From Gammaproteobacteria bacterium (lineage in GTDB: Bacteria > Pseudomonadota > Gammaproteobacteria > JABABF01): DNA of 64,000 nucleotides. Shown piece by piece: positions 41,809 to 51,087 of this stretch (positions within the stretch are counted from its first letter, which is position 1; each line of letters begins with the position of its first letter). The notes under the pieces were generated by a model, which saw only the letters and a list, made by a program, of their open reading frames with translations, made no database searches and had not been told where the DNA came from. The stretch is from contig OZ250153.1 of NCBI GenBank assembly GCA_965237805.1, positions 576,001 through 640,000 of the forward strand, written 5' to 3'. A program made the translations under genes and the position numbers.

Positions 41809-41824
41809 GCGAGCACGGCAATTC

Positions 41825-42997
41825 ATGCCCACCCTGACCGCACCATCGCTCAGCATCGGTATCGAAGAGGAATACCTCTTGGTCTCGGCGGACAGCTTGG
41901 CGCTAGTCAGCGAACCACCGGCAGCCTTCGTCAAGGAATGCACCAAACGCTTGCCGAACCGCATCAGTCACGAGCTGCTGATGTGCCAAATCGAGGTCAA
42001 AACATCGGTGTGTGGCGATGTGGCGGCAGCCGGGCGCGAACTCGGTGCCATGCGCGCAACCATCGTGGAGATCGCCACCTGCTACGGCATGCGCATCATG
42101 GCTGCTGGCACCCACCCTTTCAGCGCTTGGGAGGACCAGAAGATCTGGCCCAACGCCCGTTATGCGGACATCCTAGAGCAGATGCAGCAACTGGCTCAGC
42201 GTGCCGTCATCTGCGGAGTGCATATCCATCTCGCGGTGGAGGACGAATCCGTGCGCATTGATCTGCAGAATCAATTGCGCTATTTCCTGCCACATCTGAC
42301 CGCTTTCAGCTGCTCGTCACCACTGTGGGATGGGCGCGACACCGGCCTGATGTCCTACCGCAGTGAGATATTCGGTGCCTTACCGCGTACCGGCATACCG
42401 CCGCTATTTGCCTCTTGGGACGACTACCAGCGCCAAGTTGAATTGCTACAGCGACTGGGTTTGATTGAGGATGCCTCGCGACTATGGTGGTCGCTGCGCC
42501 CCAGCGCCCGCTATCCGACGCTGGAATTGCGTTGCCTTGATGCCTGCCCGCTGCTCGAGGACACGCTGAGTATCACCGCGCTCTACCAATGCCTCACACA
42601 CTGGCTCTACCATCTGCGCGCATCCCAGCTGCGCTTACGTGACTACTCGTCGGTGCTGATCGGGGAAAACCAATGGCGTGCCGTGCGCCACGGTTTGGAG
42701 CGAGGGCTGGTGGATTTCGGGGGCGGCAAAGTGCTGTCGGCGACTGAGCTGACCGATCAGCTGCTAGACCGTTTGAGCGACAGCGCCGAGGCACTGGGCT
42801 GCCGTGCCGAGCTGGAGGGGCTACGCAACATCGTCGAGCGCGGCAACAGCGCCCAGCGCCAGCGCAGCTGCCTACAAGTAGCGCTCGAGCGTGGCGACAG
42901 TGAACAGACAGCGCTACGCGAAGTGGGGCGCATGCTGGCAGACGAAACAGCGGCGGCTACCGATGCGCTGAACACATCAGCCCATGCCGAGCAGTGA
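41825..42997 (+). CDS. Carboxylate-amine ligase (glutamate-cysteine ligase family 2, YbdK-like)
   Basis: IGIEEEY, GTHPF, GVHIH, SSP.W.G.DTG..SYR, LPRTG.P, LELR..D, EN.WRA.R.G. Confidence 0.92.
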   Translation: MPTLTAPSLSIGIEEEYLLVSADSLALVSEPPAAFVKECTKRLPNRISHELLMCQIEVKTSVCGDVAAAGRELGAMRATIVEIATCYGMRIMAAGTHPFSAWEDQKIWPNARYADILEQMQQLAQRAVICGVHIHLAVEDESVRIDLQNQLRYFLPHLTAFSCSSPLWDGRDTGLMSYRSEIFGALPRTGIPPLFASWDDYQRQVELLQRLGLIEDASRLWWSLRPSARYPTLELRCLDACPLLEDTLSITALYQCLTHWLYHLRASQLRLRDYSSVLIGENQWRAVRHGLERGLVDFGGGKVLSATELTDQLLDRLSDSAEALGCRAELEGLRNIVERGNSAQRQRSCLQVALERGDSEQTALREVGRMLADETAAATDALNTSAHAEQ

Positions 42998-43490
42998 CCC
43001 GCTGATCCACAGTCTCGCCGTCCAACTGGGACACGCATTGCAGGCAGTCGACTGGCGGGTGGCGACAGCGGAATCCTGCACTGCTGGCGGCATCGCCGAG
43101 GCCATTACCGCCGTACCCGGCAGCTCGGCTTGGTTCGTCGGCGGCATCATCGCCTACCAGAACCGCATCAAACAGGATCTGCTCGGTGTTGAGAACGAGC
43201 TGCTCAGCAAACACGGTGCTGTCAGCGAGCAGACAGCGCGCAAAATGGCCCACGGAGTGCTGATGCGTGTGCGCGCCGAGCTCAGCGTCGCCGCCACCGG
43301 TATCGCTGGCCCGGAGGGCGGCTCACCGGGCAAAGCTGTAGGCACCGTGTGGCTGGCATGGTCCTGCCACGGTGACGACACCATCGCCCAGCTATGCCAT
43401 TTCAAAGGCGACCGCCAACAGGTGCGCAAGCAGGCGATCGTGCAGGCACTGCGCGGGCTGCTGGCGATGGCCCGACGTGAAATGCGCTGA
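42984..43490 (+). CDS. pncC: CinA/PncC nicotinamide-mononucleotide amidohydrolase
   Basis: ATAESCTAG, PGSSAWF, HGAVSE, TGIAGP.GG...K.VGTV; upstream of recA. Confidence 0.93.
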   Translation: MPSSDPLIHSLAVQLGHALQAVDWRVATAESCTAGGIAEAITAVPGSSAWFVGGIIAYQNRIKQDLLGVENELLSKHGAVSEQTARKMAHGVLMRVRAELSVAATGIAGPEGGSPGKAVGTVWLAWSCHGDDTIAQLCHFKGDRQQVRKQAIVQALRGLLAMARREMR

Positions 43491-43727
43491 TGATGGGCCT
43501 CGGGCGTGCCGCCAACAAAAGCCACTGAGCAAACCCTTATTTAGCACTCCTCACACCCCATCAATGCGCTAAAATGACAACGAATCGGCACGGTACACCG
43601 CGATGGTGCCCCGACGACGACGACGGCGTGAGGCGCGGACTGGCTGCCGCACTCTGGATGCGCCCGACAACAGCAAAACAGGCGGCCAGGGCAGCGGCGT
43701 GTGCCGCAATACCGCGAGGGCAGCAAA

Positions 43728-44783
43728 ATGGCTAGTGATGGAGATCGAAAAAAGGCGCTGGAAGCAGCGTTAAAACAACTTGAGCGCCAGTTTGGCAAGG
43801 GGGCCGCCATGCTCCTCGGTGAGCGCGAGTTGGAGGACATCCCCACCATCCCCACCGGCTCGCTGACGCTCGACGCCGCACTCGGCGTCGGCGGCCTGCC
43901 CAAGGGACGCATCGTCGAAATCTACGGCCCCGAATCCTCGGGCAAAACCACGCTGAGCCTACAGATCATCGCTCAGTGCCAACAGCAAGGGGGCAATGCC
44001 GCCTTTATCGATGCCGAACACGCGTTGGACCCGAGCTACGCCGAGAAAATCGGTGTACAGGTCGACGACTTGGTGGTCTCGCAGCCAGACTCGGGCGAGC
44101 AGGCTCTGGAAGTGACCGAGACCTTGGTACGCTCCCAGGCGGTGGATGTGCTAGTCATCGATTCGGTGGCGGCGCTGACACCGCGGGCCGAAATCGAAGG
44201 TGAGATGGGAGATGCCCATATCGGCTTGCAGGCGCGCCTGCTGAGCCAAGCCATGCGCAAGTTGACGAGCTCCATCAAGCAGGCCAATTGCTTGGTCATC
44301 TTCATCAACCAGATCCGCATGAAAATCGGCGTCATATACGGCAATCCGGAGACCACCACCGGCGGCAACGCCCTGAAGTTCTACGCCTCGGTGCGCTTGG
44401 ACATCCGTCGCATCGGCGCGATCAAAGAAGATGGCGAGATTATCGGCAACGAAACCCGTGTCAAAGTCGTCAAGAACAAGGTGGCACCGCCATTCCGCAA
44501 AGCCGAGTTTCAGATCCTGTTCGACCGCGGCATTAACCGCCTCGGCGAATTGGTAGACTTGGGCGTCAAATATGGCTGCATTGAGAAAGCGGGATCTTGG
44601 TACAGCTATAGTGGCGAGCGCATCGGCCAGGGTCGCACCGCAGCCGAGGCCTTCTTGGTCGAGCAGCCAGACACCGCCAAGGCCATTGAGGCCGTGATCC
44701 GCGAACAGATCCGGCCAACGAGCAGCAGGAAGAGCCGGGCTGCGACCACAGGCGACACAGCAACCCAAGCGGCCGGATCCTAA
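43728..44783 (+). CDS. recA: Recombinase RecA
   Basis: [42 protein letters not shown]. Confidence 0.99.
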   Translation: MASDGDRKKALEAALKQLERQFGKGAAMLLGERELEDIPTIPTGSLTLDAALGVGGLPKGRIVEIYGPESSGKTTLSLQIIAQCQQQGGNAAFIDAEHALDPSYAEKIGVQVDDLVVSQPDSGEQALEVTETLVRSQAVDVLVIDSVAALTPRAEIEGEMGDAHIGLQARLLSQAMRKLTSSIKQANCLVIFINQIRMKIGVIYGNPETTTGGNALKFYASVRLDIRRIGAIKEDGEIIGNETRVKVVKNKVAPPFRKAEFQILFDRGINRLGELVDLGVKYGCIEKAGSWYSYSGERIGQGRTAAEAFLVEQPDTAKAIEAVIREQIRPTSSRKSRAATTGDTATQAAGS

Positions 44784-44814
44784 AACGCGGCTAGAGCGCG
44801 GCGGCGCCAGGATC

Positions 44815-45324
44815 ATGACCGACCCCGCCCCTGACCATGACCCGTTGCCTGCACTGCGAGATTTTGCGCTGGACTGCCTCGCCCGGCGCGATTATTGCCG
44901 CATCGAGTTAGAGCGCCGCCTGCTGAACCGAGCCAAGGCAGCGCGGCACCGCCCCGCTATCACCGCATTGCTGGATGCACTGAGCCGTAGCGGCGCACTT
45001 GATGAGACACGCCACGCCGAGGCCTTTGTGCGCGCACGCTGCCGCCGAGGACACGGCTCGATGCGTATCCGCCAAGATCTCAGACAGCGCGGTGCCGACA
45101 CCGAAGTGATCGCAGCCGTGCTGGAGAACTACCGCGATCAGTGGCCAGCGCTGGCGGCGCGGGCGCGCCACAAACGCTTTGGTGAAGAGCTGCCAAACGA
45201 TGCGCACGAACGCGCCCGCCAAGCCCGCTTTTTACAACAACGGGGTTTTGACGGCGAGGCGGTGTGCCAAGCGCTGGCAGCTGCCGAGGGGAACGAGACC
45301 ACCGACCCAGCACCCTCCCACTAG
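44815..45324 (+). CDS. recX: Regulatory protein RecX
   Basis: LARR.Y...EL, LDE.R.AE.FVR, G..RI.Q.L.QRG, RFL..RGF; follows recA. Confidence 0.9.
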   Translation: MTDPAPDHDPLPALRDFALDCLARRDYCRIELERRLLNRAKAARHRPAITALLDALSRSGALDETRHAEAFVRARCRRGHGSMRIRQDLRQRGADTEVIAAVLENYRDQWPALAARARHKRFGEELPNDAHERARQARFLQQRGFDGEAVCQALAAAEGNETTDPAPSH

Positions 45325-45386
45325 CCGTGGGATGACGCAGCGCCTCGCCCCGCCTCCTCCGTCGCCAACGCTTGGCTGGCTGTAGC

Positions 45387-45887
45387 TCAGCTGTCGCCAG
45401 CCGAGACGGTCACAGCCTCCACACCATTGGCGTCAATGTCAATGACACGCCGTTTCAAGCGCTCCGGCACTGCGCGCACGAGCTGGATGCGAAGCAGCCC
45501 ATCGCGCAGCTCAGCACCGCTCACCTGCACATAGTCGGCGAGGCGGAACTTGCGCTCAAAACCGCGCTCAGCGATACCCCGGTGGAGATAACGCCGCTCG
45601 ATGGCGGCCTCCTGCTGTGCGCCATTGGCTACGGAACCGTCGGCCACGAGCGCGCCGCGGACGGTCAGCGTATTATCCTGCACGCTGATCTCAATGTCCT
45701 CGCGACGAAATCCCGCCACCGCCAGTGTGACGATATAGCGACCATCGCCCTCACCTGAGCCGACCAGCTCAATGTTGTAGGGCGGGTAGCCGCTGGACTT
45801 GTTGTCCAATGCCGTATCGAGCAGGCTCGCCAAGTGGTCGAAGCCTACCGTCGTGCGGAAAAGTGGGCTGAGTTGATGTGCGTTCAT
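45387..45887 (-). CDS. ibpA: Small heat shock protein (Hsp20, IbpA-like)
   Basis: SPLFR.TVGFD, YPPYNIE, LAVAGF, YLHRGIA.R.F.R.F.LA, DGLL.I.L. Confidence 0.95.
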   Translation of the reverse strand: MNAHQLSPLFRTTVGFDHLASLLDTALDNKSSGYPPYNIELVGSGEGDGRYIVTLAVAGFRREDIEISVQDNTLTVRGALVADGSVANGAQQEAAIERRYLHRGIAERGFERKFRLADYVQVSGAELRDGLLRIQLVRAVPERLKRRVIDIDANGVEAVTVSAGDS

Positions 45888-46002
45888 AATGTGATGACTC
45901 CTTGTTGTCAAGCGAGATCCCCGCCACAGTCCCCGTGCGGGGCGACTGCAACGGCTTGCTTTGCACTGCCGACACCTTCTGGGAAGCCCGTCGTCTGTGC
46001 AA
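45885..46002 (-). ncRNA. ROSE-type RNA thermometer in the ibpA 5' UTR
   Basis: The 3' hairpin CUC(G)CUUG-ACAA-CAAGGAG (45916-45898) carries a UCGCU motif with a bulged G opposite the SD; further hairpins lie upstream. Confidence 0.8.
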
Positions 46003-46008
46003 TAATAA

Positions 46009-46037
46009 ATATGGGGATGCAACATCGCTATTTCAAG
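46009..46037 (-). promoter_or_regulatory. Sigma32 (RpoH) promoter of ibpA
   Basis: CTTGAAA-N14-CCCCATAT matches the RpoH consensus. Confidence 0.9.
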
Positions 46038-46125
46038 CCAAGGCCAAGCCAACAGTGGGCGGTACGGCGGCTGGGTTTGATATAGTGGAGCAGTGATTGG
46101 CGGATGGTATCCGCGGAAAATACAA

Positions 46126-46632
46126 ATGACAGAACGACTGATCGAGCTGGAGCGGCGCATCGCCATGCTTGAGGATATTGAGGCGATCAAACAGCTTAAA
46201 TACCGCTATCTACGCGCCTGCGATCACAAGGAGTCCGGCGTGTTGTGCGAGTGTTTTTTGGAAGGGTCAGTGACCATCGATTACGGTCGTGTCGGCCAGT
46301 TCACACGACGCGAAGAGTTGATGGCGGTGTTCGAGCGGCTCGCCTGCCACGACCACATCCTCGAACTGCACCACGCCCACAACCCGAGCATTGAGGTGAC
46401 CGGAGATTCCGCGCAGGGGGTGTGGAGCCTGTATTACTACCAAATCGACACCCAAAACCGTAGCGCGACCCAGCTCGGTGGGCAGTACAACGACGAGTAC
46501 CGCCGCACAGCGGATGGCTGGCGCATCAGCTGTAGCCGCTTCGCCTTGCATTCCACCCAAGCGCTGGACTATTCGCAGGCAGCCGCGCAGATCGCTTTTG
46601 CTGGCCGCGAGATGACGGACAGCGTGGCCTAG
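46126..46632 (+). CDS. SnoaL-like/NTF2 family protein (BaiE/LinA-like)
   Basis: LEDIEAIKQLK.RY...D, H..HNP.I, A.G.W, G.Y.DEY.R..DGWRI. Alternative in-frame GTG at 46093. Confidence 0.85.
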   Translation: MTERLIELERRIAMLEDIEAIKQLKYRYLRACDHKESGVLCECFLEGSVTIDYGRVGQFTRREELMAVFERLACHDHILELHHAHNPSIEVTGDSAQGVWSLYYYQIDTQNRSATQLGGQYNDEYRRTADGWRISCSRFALHSTQALDYSQAAAQIAFAGREMTDSVA

Positions 46633-46718
46633 CGAAGCTGTGGCAGCCAGTCTAAAATAGTTTCCCGACCGACCAATGGCGGAACTTGTCGCGCAACCGG
46701 AACAGAGTGGTAGCAAAT

Positions 46719-47489
46719 ATGACAATAAGAGATTTTCCCACAGGCACCGCCTTGGTCATCGGCGGAAGCGGTGGTGTCGGCGCGGCCGTGTGTCGCGAGC
46801 TGGCCGCTGCCGGTTGCGACATCGCCCTCAGCTACCACAGCAATCAAAAACGTGCCGAAGAAGTGGTGCAGGAAGTGCGAGCACTCGGACGCAAAGCCAG
46901 TCATCACCAACTCTCCATCGGCGATGCCGCGCAGACCAAAGCGATCATCGACCAAGTCGCCGCCGATCAACGCCTGCATACCGTGGTCATCGCTGCCGGC
47001 TCCGACATCGAACAGCAGTTGATCCGCGACTTGACCCCAGAGCAGTGGCGCAAGGTGGTCGAGGCCGACCTCAACGGCTTCTTTCACATCGTCCAAGCCT
47101 CGCTACAGCACCTGCAAGCTGGCGGCGGCGGCTCCTATGTACACATCAGCTCCGCCGGCCTGCACCGCTGGCCGGAACGCGATGTGTTGTCGGTGGCACC
47201 AAAAGCCGCGATCGAGTCCTTGGTGCAGGGCATCGCCAAGGAAGAAGGCCGTCACAATATCCGCGCCAACAGCGTGGCACTGGGGGTCATTGAGACAGGT
47301 ATTTTCCTGCGGCTGTTGGCCGACGGGGTTTTCGATGAGAAATGGGAAGCCGCCGTCAAGGCTGGCCTATGCCTGAAACGCTGGGGCCAGGCCGAGGAAG
47401 TGGCTCATGCCGTCGCCTACTTGGCCTCTGATCAAGCCGCCTATGTCACCGGCCAGCTACTGTCGGTAGACGGTGGCTACGGCGTTTGA
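46719..47489 (+). CDS. SDR family oxidoreductase (atypical active site)
   Basis: GGSGGVG, IRANSVALG.I, G..EEVA.AV.YL.S..A.YVTGQ...VDGG. Confidence 0.9.
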   Translation: MTIRDFPTGTALVIGGSGGVGAAVCRELAAAGCDIALSYHSNQKRAEEVVQEVRALGRKASHHQLSIGDAAQTKAIIDQVAADQRLHTVVIAAGSDIEQQLIRDLTPEQWRKVVEADLNGFFHIVQASLQHLQAGGGGSYVHISSAGLHRWPERDVLSVAPKAAIESLVQGIAKEEGRHNIRANSVALGVIETGIFLRLLADGVFDEKWEAAVKAGLCLKRWGQAEEVAHAVAYLASDQAAYVTGQLLSVDGGYGV

Positions 47490-47500
47490 GGCGATACGCA

Positions 47501-47965
47501 ATGACGATATTCGCAAATCCAGACGCGCTGTTGGCTACCGCTGAGCAACTGCCGATGGCGCTGGGCACCAGCGACTGGCTTGAGGTAACCCAAGAACGCA
47601 TCGATCAATTCGCCAATGCCACTGGCGACCACCAATGGATCCATGTCGACCCGGAACGCGCCCGCGAGGGGCCGTTCGGCGCGTGCATTGCACACGGCTT
47701 CCTCACACTGGCACTGACCAGCTCGTTCCTGCCCCAACTATGCGATGTGCGAGAGTTCGGCATGGGTATCAACTACGGCAGTGATCGGGTGCGCTATCCG
47801 ACACCAGTGCCCGTTGGCTCGCAAATCCGTGGGCACGGCAAACTGATCTCGGCCCAACCGGTGGGCAATGGCGGTGTCCAGATCATCGTCCGTGTGTCCA
47901 TCGAACTCGGCGGACACGAGCGCCCAGCCTGCGTCGCCGACATCGTCAGCCGCTACCTGCCCTGA
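47501..47965 (+). CDS. MaoC family dehydratase
   Basis: TQERIDQFA.ATGDHQWIHVD, IAHGFLTL, NYG...VR...PVPVGS. Confidence 0.93.
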   Translation: MTIFANPDALLATAEQLPMALGTSDWLEVTQERIDQFANATGDHQWIHVDPERAREGPFGACIAHGFLTLALTSSFLPQLCDVREFGMGINYGSDRVRYPTPVPVGSQIRGHGKLISAQPVGNGGVQIIVRVSIELGGHERPACVADIVSRYLP

Positions 47966-48036
47966 ATGCCGATTCTGCGGGACGGCATCGACCACACACC
48001 ACAATCCAGAACATCGCAAAGGCACAGGTAGCATTC

Positions 48037-49230
48037 ATGCTGAACTATCGCATCATCGACTGCGACAACCACTACTACGAGCCAGACGACTGCTTCACGC
48101 GCCATATTGAGGCGCAGCACCGCTGCCAAACCGTATGGGTCAAGCGCGAGCACGAGGACGGGCACGGCATCATGATGCTCGGTGACGAACGCCTCAGTTT
48201 CTTCAGCGTCGGCGTCGGTGACTACATTGGCCCGCCGGGAGCCATGCGCGAGTTCTTCAAAGGCAACACCGATGAAGGCGGGCAGGTCAATCTCAATCCG
48301 ATCCAGCTCGAGGACTATCCGGCCTTCACCAACCGCGCCGCCCGCGAGCGCCTACTCGACGAGCAACAGGTCGAAGCCGCGGTGATGCTGCCGACCCTCG
48401 GTGTCGGGGTCGAATGGCAGCTGCGCCGACACCCCGATGTGCTCTATCCCAGCCTCAGGGCGTTCAACCGCTGGCAGCGGGAGGAATGGGGCTGGGGCAA
48501 CGAAGGGAGGCGCATCTTTTGCACTGGCCTCATCTCGCTGATGGATGTGGATCAAGCCATCGCAGAATTGGAACGACTACTCGCCGAGGGGCTCCGGCTG
48601 GTCTATATCACCACTGGCCCGGTGGCGGGCAAAACGCCAGCCGACAGCCACTTCGACCCGTTCTGGGCGCGAGTACAGGAAGCTGGTGTGCCGGTGGTCT
48701 TCCACATCGGCGAGGGCGGTTTCAATCAGATGTACGCCAGCCAGTGGGGTGAGGAGGCGACGCCAGCATCGCACCGCTTCAGTGCCTTCAACAGCTACAT
48801 CGGCATCGGCGAACGCCCGATCACGGACACCGTGGCTTCGCTGATCTTCTGCAATCTGTTCGGGCGCTTCCCGGGTTTGCGTTTCATGATCGTCGAGTAC
48901 GGCTCCGCTTGGGTCGAACACTTCCTAGGCGTCTTGGACAAGACCTATCGGCTCGGCCATGTGCAGAGCCGATGGCGCTTCGGCAAGCCCGACAAGCCCA
49001 GCGAGATCTTCCGCCGCCATTTCAGCGTCGTGCCTTTCCACGAAGACGACATCCCCGCGCTGGCCAGCTGCGTCGGCCATGAGAGCCTGATCAACGGCTC
49101 GGACTTCCCTCACCCAGAGGGCTTGGAATGGCCGATGGAGATGGCCGAATCGATGACTGGCATGGACGCTGGCACCGTACGTGACATCATGCGCAACAAT
49201 GCCTGCGGGCTACTCGGTATCAGCCCTTGA
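48037..49230 (+). CDS. Amidohydrolase_2 family protein
   Basis: IDCDNHYYEP, AFNRW, DPFWA, FH, N.FGRFP.L, GSDFPHPEG. Confidence 0.9.
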   Translation: MLNYRIIDCDNHYYEPDDCFTRHIEAQHRCQTVWVKREHEDGHGIMMLGDERLSFFSVGVGDYIGPPGAMREFFKGNTDEGGQVNLNPIQLEDYPAFTNRAARERLLDEQQVEAAVMLPTLGVGVEWQLRRHPDVLYPSLRAFNRWQREEWGWGNEGRRIFCTGLISLMDVDQAIAELERLLAEGLRLVYITTGPVAGKTPADSHFDPFWARVQEAGVPVVFHIGEGGFNQMYASQWGEEATPASHRFSAFNSYIGIGERPITDTVASLIFCNLFGRFPGLRFMIVEYGSAWVEHFLGVLDKTYRLGHVQSRWRFGKPDKPSEIFRRHFSVVPFHEDDIPALASCVGHESLINGSDFPHPEGLEWPMEMAESMTGMDAGTVRDIMRNNACGLLGISP

Positions 49231-49952
49231 GCCAAAACGCCGCCGCGCCGCTACGGCCTGCCGCCACCTTGATACCGGTGCGCGATGGCGCAGCCGGGCT
49301 CGAGATACTGATGTTGCAACGCAGCAAGCGTGTGGGCTTCATCAGCAGCAATTGGGTGTTCCCCGGTGGCGGCGTCGAGGCAGTCGATTGCAAAGGCGGT
49401 GCGGCAGCCGACAGCGAAGTGGCTGGCCGAGACTGCGCCATACGCGAGACCCGCGAGGAGGCCAGCTTGGAATTTGCCGCCGACCGCCTATTGCCAATCG
49501 CACACTGGGTCGCCCCGGTGGAGAGCCCGCGCCGCTACGCCACGTGGTTTTTCCTCGGCAGCTCGGATCAAGACGGCACTGAGGTACGCGTCGATGGGAG
49601 CGAGATCAGTCAACACCGCTGGCTCAGCCCGCAGACAGCGCTACAAGCACTCGAAGATGGCGGGATGAAGTTCCTGCCGCCGACCTATGTCACCTTGCTA
49701 TGGTTGTGCAATTTTGACTCTGTTACCGCCGCGTTGGAGCTATTCGGCAAGTGCCCGATAGTGCGCTTCACACCGCGAATCGCCATCAGCGACGATATCA
49801 TCTACAGTCTCTATGCTGAAGATGCTGGCTACTCCGAAGCCGACCCCCAGTGCCCCGGTCCGCGCCATCGGGTAGCGGCGCGACACGGCGGTGGCCAATG
49901 GCGCTACGAGATCGATTTCCCCGGAGATGATGCGTTGCGACGCGACGGCTAA
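49227..49952 (+). CDS. NUDIX hydrolase (NUDT19-like)
   Basis: PAAT, VFPGG.V, AIRETREEA, W..P....RRY.TWFF, PPT. Confidence 0.85.
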   Translation: MSQNAAAPLRPAATLIPVRDGAAGLEILMLQRSKRVGFISSNWVFPGGGVEAVDCKGGAAADSEVAGRDCAIRETREEASLEFAADRLLPIAHWVAPVESPRRYATWFFLGSSDQDGTEVRVDGSEISQHRWLSPQTALQALEDGGMKFLPPTYVTLLWLCNFDSVTAALELFGKCPIVRFTPRIAISDDIIYSLYAEDAGYSEADPQCPGPRHRVAARHGGGQWRYEIDFPGDDALRRDG

Positions 49953-49995
49953 AGCTCCCCCATACAACACCACCACACCACTGGACAATCCTGCC

Positions 49996-51087
49996 GTGCT
50001 TTCACCAACAGACGACTATCCCTTACACCAGATCTCCGATGTCATACGGCATGTCGGTACATCTGACCGCAATTTCTACGACCGCTACTACTTCAACCTG
50101 CACGGCTCCAGCGACGAGCTGTTCATGGTGATGGGCTTGGGACAATATCCCAACCTAGGAGTGCAGGATGCCTTTGCCGTCGTGCGTCGCAACAACGGCC
50201 ACCACGTGGTGCGCGCCTCGCGCGAACTGGGCAACGACCGCTCCGACACCCGCGTCGGGCCGCTGCGCGTCGAGGTACAGGAAGGCTTGAAGCGCGTGCG
50301 CTTCGTAGTCGAGGATGACGCCACATTCCCGCTGGCCTTCGATGTGGTCTGGAATGCTGCCATACCTGCCTATTTGGAGCCGCGCCAGCTGGTGCGCCGC
50401 CATGGTCGCGCCATGTTTGACAGCACTCGCTTCGCCCAAACTGGCTGCTGGAGTGGCCATCTGCGTATTGGCGATGAACACTTTGAAGTGACACCGGATC
50501 GCTGGAAAGGCTGTCGTGACCGCTCGTGGGGGGTGCGCCCGATCGGCGAGGCCGAACCCGCTGGCATCCACAGCGGTAGCGCGGGCTCCATGCACGGCAT
50601 GTGGAACTATTGCCCAATGCAGTTTGACGACTACTCCATCCTCTATATCTGCAATGAACACGATGACGGCTCGCGGGAGTTGGAGGAGGCGGTGCGCATC
50701 TGGGCAGACCCTGAGCGGGCACCCGAATTGCTCGGCCGCCCTGAGCACAAGCACCGCTTCACCGCCGACAAGCGCTTGATCGAGGAAGGGTTGCTATTGT
50801 TCCCCGAAGCGCCGGGCGGTGCACTGGAGATTCGCGCCGAGCTGCTCGAAGAACTCTATGTCGCGGTCGGCACCGGCTACGGCTTGGAGACGGATTGGCG
50901 CCACGGCATGTATCAAGGCAAAGAAGAAGTGGTGCAACACTTCAGCTTGGACATGGAAAAAGACCGCGACCAAATGTTTGGATTGATCGACTGCGCAGCG
51001 CGCTTCACCACCGACAGCGGCGATGTCGGCTATGGGCTGTTCGAATATATGTTCCTCGGCCCCTTCGCACGCTATGGACTCAAATAA
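49996..51087 (+). CDS. Conserved hypothetical protein (resembles the mycobacterial Rv3169 family)
   Basis: DDYPLHQ, TSDRNFYDRYYFN, G.YPNLGV.DA, RFAQ.G.W.G, RDRSWGVRP.GE, HGMYQG. Family recognised from memory; start approximate. Confidence 0.7.
   Translation: MLSPTDDYPLHQISDVIRHVGTSDRNFYDRYYFNLHGSSDELFMVMGLGQYPNLGVQDAFAVVRRNNGHHVVRASRELGNDRSDTRVGPLRVEVQEGLKRVRFVVEDDATFPLAFDVVWNAAIPAYLEPRQLVRRHGRAMFDSTRFAQTGCWSGHLRIGDEHFEVTPDRWKGCRDRSWGVRPIGEAEPAGIHSGSAGSMHGMWNYCPMQFDDYSILYICNEHDDGSRELEEAVRIWADPERAPELLGRPEHKHRFTADKRLIEEGLLLFPEAPGGALEIRAELLEELYVAVGTGYGLETDWRHGMYQGKEEVVQHFSLDMEKDRDQMFGLIDCAARFTTDSGDVGYGLFEYMFLGPFARYGLK

Noticed and set aside
43611-43624. (CGA)n microsatellite upstream of recA
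   Set aside because: Only about four units, too short to support phase variation.
44815-45324. RecX begins MTDPAPDH and ends TDPAPSH
   Set aside because: The match is short and low-complexity with diverged codons; chance cannot be excluded and no function is implied.
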